From NCBI RefSeq assembly GCF_900129425.1, contig NZ_LT670817.1:1010278-1042277 (forward strand): 32,000 nt of DNA, read 5' to 3'. A program made the position numbers and the translations under genes. This stretch comes from Bradyrhizobium erythrophlei (lineage in GTDB: Bacteria > Pseudomonadota > Alphaproteobacteria > Rhizobiales > Xanthobacteraceae). How positions within the stretch are numbered: position 1 is the first letter of the stretch; each line of letters begins with the position of its first letter. Shown piece after piece: positions 25,092-32,000 of this stretch. The notes below the pieces were generated by a model. The model was given only the letters and a program-made list of their open reading frames with translations, was not told the DNA's origin and did not search any database.

Positions 25092-26471
25092 ATGTTGCGG
25101 AAACTGATCTGGCTCTTGTCGGTCCTTGTTATCTCGGCGGCTGTGTTTATAGGCGTCGGCCTCGATCGCGCGTTTCGTGTGGTCACCGGTCTTGTGGCGC
25201 ATGACATCTGCTCAAAAACGTTCATATCAGGTTTCGACCCACAAATTGTTTTTGCGGAAACCATCGAACGTCAAGGCGTTCGTCGGCTGAAGTGGGCACT
25301 GAACTATGAGGTCGACAGTTCCAACAAAGTGGTTCGGGCGTCGTTAGCGGGTTGGGCAGTGAGCCGCGCGGCCTTTCATGATGGACTTGGCTGCATCATT
25401 TTGCACGGCTCTGCTGAACCGCTTCTGCCCAAGTCCAGTATTGCCGAGTTGAAGGTAGCAACGCCGTTGCTGGCGGAAATCGGAGGCCCAACTGCCGTTG
25501 AAACGTCCAACCTCAAACTTGAAGCCGCGCTCGATCACGCCTTTGAGGAGCCCGCGGCGCCGCCCTATCGACGAACCAAGGCAGTTGTTGTTGTGCTGGA
25601 TGGGGCCATCGTTGCTGAGCGCTATGCCCCTAATGTCGGCATCGATACGCCACTGCTCGGGTTCTCCATGACCAAATCTGTGGTCAATGCACTGGTCGGA
25701 ATTCTGGTCGAACAGGGCCGGCTTTCCGTCGCGGAGCCAGCACCGATCGCAGAATGGCGCAACGACACCAATCCGCGTCGCGACATTACGATCGAACATC
25801 TGATGCGCATGACGAGCGGCCTCGCATTGGATGAAGATAAACTCGGCTTCGACGCTTCCAGCCAGATGGTCTATTTGCACAACGACATGGCGGCATACGC
25901 AGCACGCGCGACCGTCGTCGCCCCGCCGGCTACCCGGTTTGCTTACAGCAGTCCAAGCGTTCAACTGCTGGCGCGGATAATTCGTGACAGTGTCGGCGGT
26001 CCTGAGCAGACCTTGGAATTTGCGTGGCGTGAACTCTTCAACCCACTTGGAATGCGAGACGTTACTCTGGAATTCGACGCAACTGGCACGCTTCAAGGTT
26101 CATCCTATATGTTTGCAAGCGCGAGAGATTGGGCGCGGTTCGGGTTGCTCTATCTGTACGACGGTGTGGTTGGCGGCCGCCGCATCTTGCCGAATGGCTG
26201 GGTCGAGTTTTCGGCGAGAGCGACACTTGATACCGATTATGGCGCCGGCTTCTGGACCAATCGCAGCCATAACCAGCAAGCCGTTAATCGAGTCAGCTGG
26301 GGCATGCCGCGGGACGCATTTTTTGCCCTGGGGAATCTTGGCCAGATAATTGTCATCTTGCCATCTCAGCAGCTCGTCATCGTTCGCCTTGGCGACTCCG
26401 TCGATCCGCTCGGAGAAATGCGCGGCTTGGCGCGATTGGTGCGCGAAGTCATTTCCGCGACCCCGCGTTAG
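25092..26471 (+). CDS. Serine hydrolase, beta-lactamase/transpeptidase-fold family, N-terminally membrane-anchored
   Basis: ORF 24915..26471. The likely start is ATG 25092 (MLRKLIWLLSVLVISAAVFIGVGL). SxxK motif in GFSMTKSVVNALVGIL. Later HLMRMTSGL and a YSS element fit class-C-like serine hydrolases. Confidence 0.85.
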   Translation: MLRKLIWLLSVLVISAAVFIGVGLDRAFRVVTGLVAHDICSKTFISGFDPQIVFAETIERQGVRRLKWALNYEVDSSNKVVRASLAGWAVSRAAFHDGLGCIILHGSAEPLLPKSSIAELKVATPLLAEIGGPTAVETSNLKLEAALDHAFEEPAAPPYRRTKAVVVVLDGAIVAERYAPNVGIDTPLLGFSMTKSVVNALVGILVEQGRLSVAEPAPIAEWRNDTNPRRDITIEHLMRMTSGLALDEDKLGFDASSQMVYLHNDMAAYAARATVVAPPATRFAYSSPSVQLLARIIRDSVGGPEQTLEFAWRELFNPLGMRDVTLEFDATGTLQGSSYMFASARDWARFGLLYLYDGVVGGRRILPNGWVEFSARATLDTDYGAGFWTNRSHNQQAVNRVSWGMPRDAFFALGNLGQIIVILPSQQLVIVRLGDSVDPLGEMRGLARLVREVISATPR

Positions 26472-26494
26472 TCGTCGGTGAAGGCGGTCGCTGC

Positions 26495-26803
26495 TCAGTA
26501 GGGCACAGAAATTGCGCTTGTGGTCTCAATCGATGGCGCACACGTCAAAATCGGGCCGTATCGGTAGACATGGCGTCGAAAGAACGGCTCCCAATTTGCA
26601 ACAGGAAAATGGAGTCTAAAGGGCGGCCAAGGATAAAGGTAAGTAAGCGGTGGTGGACCAATGCTGCAGCTGGCCTCACTCACCAAATAATCGTCGTATT
26701 CCGCAACGTGCCGGTAACGCCGGGCTTCCGCAGAATTCATCGTCGCTACCGCAGTCGTCCCAAGCACTACCGATGCGGTCAATATCAGCTTTAAGTTTTG
26801 CAT
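26495..26803 (-). CDS. Secreted hypothetical protein, aromatic/Pro-rich
   Basis: ORF 26495..26905. ATG 26803 follows GAGGGAC. Signal-like MQNLKLILTASVVLGTTAVATMNSAEA, then YLYPWPPFRLHFPVANWEPFFRRHVYRYGP. Confidence 0.5.
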   Translation of the reverse strand: MQNLKLILTASVVLGTTAVATMNSAEARRYRHVAEYDDYLVSEASCSIGPPPLTYLYPWPPFRLHFPVANWEPFFRRHVYRYGPILTCAPSIETTSAISVPY

Positions 26804-27432
26804 GAGGTCCCTCGACTCCTGACGAGTGGATGGTGCCATGAAATTGTACGTCGAATTGGCAGGTTTGGGAATATGGCTCCGACAGTTCAATCGAGCTTTT
26901 CGCAATCCCGGGCGAACGCAAGGGGTCCAACCAGTAATCCGAGACTATTGCGCGGCATCCAAACGGTGGCCAGGGGAGAGCGGGGACCATTGCCGTACCC
27001 ACAATGCCCCGAGAGATCCGCGTCACGACATAACCACCGCCCTGAGCCGCAGCAGAGGTCTGGGTGTCAGAGGCGAGCAGATATGATCTCCTGCTCCTTC
27101 GCCGCAAATGCGGGATGACCTCTCACGGTCCTTCTTCACTCGATGTTGCCTATGTGGTAGCATGCCCAATCATCTAGCGGGTAAAACCTATAATGGGCGC
27201 CCGCTGGACTGGCGAACGCTAACATTGCTCCCAAGATCGCGCCAAAATACTGCCGCGTAGATCATCCAGGGTTCGAGCGGCGGAATCAACCTGAAGTAAA
27301 GTAATGGGCTGCCAGTACGTACCGCTGAACACATCACGTTGGTTGATATCGTGCAGTTCTTCTTTTCGATTGGCAATTTGGAGCAATTCCTGACGGTCGG
27401 AACTCTCGATGAAACATTGATTTAGAGAAACC

Positions 27433-27903
27433 ATGAAGCATCTGTCGGTTTTCCTTCTCACGGTCACGAGTAGCGCCGCTCTCGCTCAGACAACCGGTAC
27501 GGTGAATCCGAGCCGCGCTCCCGCGGAGCCTTCAGTGAAGGAAGATGTCCCGCCCGGCGCCTGTATGCCGATCGGGCTGACCGCTTCTGGAGAAATCGTT
27601 TTCCCGATTCAATGCAAGGAGTTTATCGAACGCCAACGCGGAAAGGCGGTGGAGCAGAAACCCGCTGCAGAAGGGGCGCCCGCGCAGGCCGCAAAGCAGC
27701 CGGATAGCGCGCCTCCACCGGAGAGCAAACCGGTTGCTCAACCCGTCGAAGCACTTCCACTGCCGAAGAAGCGCGTTGAGCAGGAGCCGGGCGAGCGCGC
27801 CAAGAGCCCAGAGGATGGCCACCGCTGCCTCCACTATCGGAGCTACAATGCAGAATCCGGAACTTACACGGGCTTTGACGGACAGCGCCATTCCTGCCCC
27901 TAA
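27433..27903 (+). CDS. BA14K-family secreted protein
   Basis: Signal peptide MKHLSVFLLTVTSSAALAQ, a Pro/Ala-rich linker, and a C-terminal BA14K signature CLHYRSYNAESGTYTGFDGQRHSCP. Confidence 0.8.
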   Translation: MKHLSVFLLTVTSSAALAQTTGTVNPSRAPAEPSVKEDVPPGACMPIGLTASGEIVFPIQCKEFIERQRGKAVEQKPAAEGAPAQAAKQPDSAPPPESKPVAQPVEALPLPKKRVEQEPGERAKSPEDGHRCLHYRSYNAESGTYTGFDGQRHSCP

Positions 27904-28744
27904 GTTCAAGTCGGCACTTGGGACATATGTCAGACTAATCCGGCAGAGGCGTGACGGCTCTAGCATTGAAGCGCGGCAGGCGGCGGAATGCGACCGTGCT
28001 AATCGACGAGGCCGCCGTCGGCGCAAAAACGGACCGGCCATACTGGCCAAATTAATCGCTTCCTGAAAACCGGTGACACTCTTGTCGTTAAGAGGACCTA
28101 GCAAAGTACACCATTGATCTGCTGCTGCTTCCTAAAGGCCATTACAGACCAAAGCGTCAGTCCGATCCCTCGGGGAGAATGGACAGACACCACGACAACT
28201 GCCGGTCGGCTGATGTGACCATCTTGGGCGGCTTTCCGGAATTCGAACGCGAATTCATCAAGGCCTAAACAGCGCAGTGTCGCGACCGCGTCCATGGGCG
28301 TGGAGTTCGGATGGGGGCGTAAGCAAAAGCGGACGCCGCACCTGCAAGGGGAAGTCAGGATGCGTAAGGCAAAGGGCGGTTGGTTCGAGAGTTCGGCAGT
28401 TCGTATGGAGTTTCGCCGACCAAGATCAGCCGCGCCAGATAGGCACGGAGGATAGCCATCCTGCCGTTTGAATTATTAAGAAGTTCGCGTTCAACTACTA
28501 GCAAACGAGCCTGGGTCGCTGGACGTCAAGGTTGCAAATTAACTCTGTCGTGGACCTGACGGATGACGGAATCCACCACCGGGGTGCCTTCCGCAGGCCC
28601 ATATTGTGCTGAAGGCACATTGCCGCATACGGATATTTCCTCTGGTGATCGTCTCCGTATTGTCGCAAAGTTACGTGAACATCAGTTCATTCTGGAGAAG
28701 TGGGGGCCGAATTATATCTTTCCGTTCAGAGTAAGGATTAGAAA

Positions 28745-28996
28745 ATGGGCTCGCAATTTACTTTTGGGAATGAAAGTGGAGAAGATATCTACACCCGCGC
28801 ACAGATTAAGGGTGAAATTTGCCGGCATGAGTTGTCCCTTCGCAAGATCGATGAAGAGCGCCAGCAGCTCGCGGAAGGACTGGCAAAAAACGATTTTCTG
28901 CGGCGACTGATCATTCGCCGACGTCGCGAAGCCTGGCTGTCGGTTGACCGGACCAAATGGCGCAATCGGGCGTCCAGGTCCATGGCCCTCCGTTAG
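28745..28996 (+). CDS. Hypothetical small coiled-coil protein (weak call)
   Basis: 83-aa ORF with AAGGA upstream. RHELSLRKIDEERQQLAEGLAKNDFLRRLIIRRRRE. It overlaps alternative ORFs in a low-coding-quality region. Confidence 0.3.
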   Translation: MGSQFTFGNESGEDIYTRAQIKGEICRHELSLRKIDEERQQLAEGLAKNDFLRRLIIRRRREAWLSVDRTKWRNRASRSMALR

Positions 28997-29511
28997 CGAA
29001 GGGCGACTAACCAGACATATCGTTTTTCCGGTTGAGTTTCTCCAACTACGTTGCGGTAAATCCCGGGAAAAGGGACCGGATTTCGAAGCCGCGGTGGTTT
29101 TCAAAACCGTATCGCGAGGTCATCTCGGCAACAGTTGTTGTGCGACTTGGATTGCTCAATTCCTTGGCCGCAAGTCACGACGCGTCGAATGGCCGGCTAA
29201 CATGTCCATCGTCGTGATGAACCCTTTCATTGAACTCTTCGGTCAACGGGCGCAGCGACCCGGATTCTGTCCAAACGGACAATTGCAGCTCCGCGGGGAG
29301 GGTAAACGCACCGCAACATCAGCAATCTGTCATTTCTCGGCGCGAATCGGAGGCCCAATTCAATGGTGAGGAGAAGTTCAGAATTTTGTTAACAGTGCGA
29401 AAAAATGCTCAAACGACAATCAGAAGCATTGAAAACGGAAGGTTTAATGGTTTACATGAGAAAGGGCGCTGAGCGGCCAATTTTGGTATTGGCACAAATC
29501 CTGGAACTGTG

Positions 29512-29883
29512 ATGAAGTTGAGCAAGTACCATCTAACCTCGTTGTCCGCGGACGAATTGTGGGCTCTCCACGAACAGGTAGGGGCAATTCTGTCAGAAAG
29601 GATCTCTTCGGAGAAACGCGAGCTAGAAGAGCGCCTTGCCAAACTGAACGGCAGTTTGAATGCTGATCGAGCGAAGAACAAAAACGAAAATTCGTCGCCC
29701 AGTGAACGCCGTGCGGTCCGCCGGAACTATCCCCCGGTCGTTCCTAAATTCCGAAACCCCTCGGACCCGTCAGAGACTTGGGCCGGTCGCGGTAAGCAGC
29801 CTCGGTGGATGGTGGCGCAGCTCAAGGCAGGCAAGAAAATGGATGATTTCTTGATCGATCGTTCGAAGCGCAGGCGGGGGTAG
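29512..29883 (+). CDS. H-NS family nucleoid-associated protein
   Basis: N-terminal coiled coil (LSADELWALHEQVGAILSERISSEKRELEERLAKL). C-terminal H-NS DNA-binding motif: PKFRNPSDPSETWAGRGKQPRWMVAQLKAGKKMDDFLI. A GTG at 29509 is an alternative start. Confidence 0.85.
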   Translation: MKLSKYHLTSLSADELWALHEQVGAILSERISSEKRELEERLAKLNGSLNADRAKNKNENSSPSERRAVRRNYPPVVPKFRNPSDPSETWAGRGKQPRWMVAQLKAGKKMDDFLIDRSKRRRG

Positions 29884-30123
29884 GACGACGATTTTTGAAG
29901 GCGCTGGTGGGCGGCCGTCGGTTGATCCAAAATTCATAATCCGGGTGCCTTGGCATTCTCGAGTGCTCGAAACGAGCGACCGACGAGGGGTCTCGCGCCG
30001 AGGTTGCCCTGATGCCTTGCGAATAACGTGCCGCCGCACCGCATTGCCAAGTGCAAGAAGATCCAGCTTCCCTTGTGATCAATTAGTGCGGTGCATCCGC
30101 TCAGGCGATCTTGGTATTGAGGT

Positions 30124-31623
30124 CTATTCAGGCCGATAAAACTCGCGCCGGAGCTGCGATGATATGTGCAGGTCCGATCGAGGTCGTGTTTTTAAGTCAT
30201 CGGGGCGCCGCTCGCGATTGCCGGCTTTCTGGGCCGAACTCAGATCGATCTCAGAAAAGCTGCCGTCCCAAGGAGCCGCGTCGCTGCTGATATTCCTGAG
30301 AGCTAGCTGACGCGCCATGAACGCATCAACTAGCTCCCTTGGGACATCACTCGTTCCGCCCTGCCCAAAGGTCACCACCGGTGGTAGTTCCGGATGCATA
30401 AGAGTATGCGCCATGCCGTACGCCGGCCAAACCGGAGGGTGACTCAAATTTGGCAACCCGAATTTCGTGGGCTCAGCACAAAAACTACAGCTCTCGACGC
30501 TCACGAACCCTGAGTATTGTGACAGCTCTTTGTCTAGCCGCAGTTGATATCGAAATGCATCCAAACTTGCAGCAATGCTGACGCCATAGAACCCCGCTAG
30601 AAACGTTATCGCCAGATCACGTAACGGCCTCTCTCCGAACCAATCGAAGAATCGGGACGGCCATTCAACAAGGTCGCGATTAAGAATGATCGGTAATGAA
30701 GCGATCAACGCCACAATGCCGGCGCTGTAAATGCGGGATGGATAAGCGTACTGAAATTCCCGCGTACGAAGGCCAATCAATTCCGGTACGATTAAAATGC
30801 AAAGCGGAACAGCGAACGCAACAAGAGGAGCGGCGGTCCGGAGAACAAAGTTTTCTCCAATAAGCTTCAAGTAGATCGCCCCCACCAATAGTGCCGCAAT
30901 AAAGATTCCGCTTATTGCAAACACGAACCAATGAAACGCGTCGTGACCCGGACGCGTGGTCTCGCCATAATGACAAATTATTTGAAACGGCAGGGCGAGG
31001 ACAAGGATTGCAACTAGCGCAAGCTCCTTGGACGAGACCCTTTTGGATCGCCGGCCGGTATAGACGCCAATTGCCAGCACAATGTTTGACAGCGCGACAA
31101 TTTCGTAGCTCGCCAGAAGTAAAAATCCAATAAAGAGCCGCCGGAACGCTTGAGGATCTCGCTCAGCGTCAAGGGAATATACGACGAAAATCGTTGTAAG
31201 ACCCAATGCAAAAAGGAGCTCCGTTGCGGCGAAATTGGAAAGAAAGATCGTGGCGGAAATAAACAATGTGACCAGCAGGCTCTTAGTGGGAGCATTCAAC
31301 CTGGAATTTATAATAATAATCGCCGGAAGCGCTATCTGACAGTAGGTAACAACTCCGTACGCGAAGGTTGCAAGCTGAATCTGTGAAGGAAAGAAGAGAC
31401 CGATCAGCCGAACCGGGGCAGTCGTCCACAGTACGGCAAAAAAGCGTCTCGGCGTTTCTTGGTCCTGTGGATACCACAATGGATCGAGAAACGACTGCAC
31501 GACAGAGCTTGCTCCGTCCATAAAAAATTGACGACCAGCAATCGCACTGACAATAAGTACCAAAGTGATAGTCACACTGTGCGCAGCGGCACCGTCCTTC
31601 GTGAGCCATGTACGCAAATGCAT
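30124..31623 (-). CDS. Polytopic membrane protein, hypothetical, with a soluble C-terminal domain of about 130 aa
   Basis: 499-aa ORF with about 10-11 hydrophobic segments. The C-terminal part (from FVSVESCSFCAEPTKFGLPNLSHPP) is hydrophilic. No family recognised. Low GC, with an AT-rich upstream region. Confidence 0.75.
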   Translation of the reverse strand: MHLRTWLTKDGAAAHSVTITLVLIVSAIAGRQFFMDGASSVVQSFLDPLWYPQDQETPRRFFAVLWTTAPVRLIGLFFPSQIQLATFAYGVVTYCQIALPAIIIINSRLNAPTKSLLVTLFISATIFLSNFAATELLFALGLTTIFVVYSLDAERDPQAFRRLFIGFLLLASYEIVALSNIVLAIGVYTGRRSKRVSSKELALVAILVLALPFQIICHYGETTRPGHDAFHWFVFAISGIFIAALLVGAIYLKLIGENFVLRTAAPLVAFAVPLCILIVPELIGLRTREFQYAYPSRIYSAGIVALIASLPIILNRDLVEWPSRFFDWFGERPLRDLAITFLAGFYGVSIAASLDAFRYQLRLDKELSQYSGFVSVESCSFCAEPTKFGLPNLSHPPVWPAYGMAHTLMHPELPPVVTFGQGGTSDVPRELVDAFMARQLALRNISSDAAPWDGSFSEIDLSSAQKAGNRERRPDDLKTRPRSDLHISSQLRREFYRPE

Positions 31624-31803
31624 GGTGGAACTCGTTTTTTACAACAGAAATTCTGAAAATAGCCTTCGAGAACGATTTATTGATTTGGCCCCGAATAGCG
31701 TATTGATTTTAAATGATAATTAATATTATTTGTTAAATCAAGCTCATCATTAAAATGGCTCGTTTTAATTCTGTGAGGTTCTCGCCTGTCTAAGCTGTTG
31801 TTC

Positions 31804-32000
31804 TTAGGCTGTTCTTGCTAAAAAAGATCGGATGCCACTTAAAACGCCAATTAATTTGCCCGCCAGAGCAAGCCCCCAGGCAGGTATCGCAAAGAACGCC
31901 CGGTCTGTGGTCAAGGTGAGATCGACCGGACTGTTCGCCACCGATCCGGTGCTGCGGAAGCTGGGGAAAGCCAACACCTTTAAGACTGGCCACTCCTGGT
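31804..32000 (-). CDS. Possible C-terminal end of a membrane protein entering from the right edge (partial)
   Basis: Hand translation of the minus strand from 31998: QEWPVLKVLAFPSFRSTGSVANSPVDLTLTTDRAFFAIPAWGLALAGKLIGVLSGIRSFLARTA, stop at 31806-31804. Open to the window edge with a hydrophobic C-terminus. A competing ORF in another frame (31790..31993) looks less protein-like. Confidence 0.3.
   Translation of the reverse strand, partial: QEWPVLKVLAFPSFRSTGSVANSPVDLTLTTDRAFFAIPAWGLALAGKLIGVLSGIRSFLARTA

Noticed and set aside
26804-27107. ORF 26676..27107 (minus strand). It contains ALPWPPFGC, echoing the YPWPPFRLHF motif of the adjacent secreted protein, so a possible tandem paralog.
   Set aside because: The similarity is a single 5-residue motif. 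The ORF has no signal peptide or RBS and would overlap the neighbouring gene by more than 120 nt in another frame. It may be a decayed duplicate, but this cannot be supported from sequence alone.
27219-27434. 71-codon minus-strand ORF (MVSLNQCFIESSDRQELLQIANRKEELHD...) divergent from the BA14K gene.
   Set aside because: No RBS or recognisable motif. Its start would abut or overlap the BA14K start codon. An ORF of this length is near chance expectation in about 50% GC DNA.
28368-28442. HTH-like peptide GRLVREFGSSYGVSPTKISRAR as a possible gene.
   Set aside because: Only 24 codons between stops, with no start codon context. Treated as a relic within the degraded region, not as a feature.
1-32000. 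Looked for CRISPR arrays, rRNA, intact IS elements with terminal inverted repeats, integrase or recombinase genes, and known defence-system signatures.
   Set aside because: I found no regularly spaced short repeats, no rRNA-like sequence, no transposase- or integrase-length ORF with recognisable motifs, and no nuclease, helicase or methylase combinations. The only toxin-like module is vapBC.

Overview
High-GC alphaproteobacterial chromosome segment; CtrA and the composition suggest a Bradyrhizobium/Rhodopseudomonas-like organism, which is inference. Positions 1-15.5 kb are core genome. They hold an aldo/keto reductase with a divergent LysR regulator, an acyl-CoA dehydrogenase, a PAS-LuxR regulator and a YgiB/YgiC-like pair. 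A cell-cycle/flagellar block follows: ctrA, fliI, fliJ, an ECF sigma with an RskA-type anti-sigma, and flhA, with GANTC and CtrA-box-like motifs in its intergenic regions. An MFS transporter closes this part. The most unusual content lies at about 15.6-20.2 kb. A lower-GC cassette there encodes two paralogous mini-proteins of 54 and 44 aa. The second falls below the ORF-track size cutoff and was found by reading the DNA. Each has a near-identical signal peptide, a conserved DCPPNC motif and a divergent Pro/Lys-rich tail. They flank a 727-aa membrane-anchored TPR-like protein, and a signal-peptide-bearing caspase (C14)-Sel1-repeat protein lies convergent to them. I propose these four genes as a candidate uncharacterised envelope peptide/protease module. 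Downstream come vapBC with a textbook promoter-operator, DoxX, and GntR-TauE-DUF1634. A tRNA-derived 3' fragment at about 23.85 kb marks a drop in GC into an apparent genomic island running to the window end. The island carries small hypothetical genes, a beta-lactamase-fold hydrolase, a BA14K protein, an H-NS-like protein, a polytopic membrane protein and decayed sequence. I found no CRISPR array, rRNA, intact tRNA or intact IS element. All homology calls come from reading motifs by eye; no searches were run.
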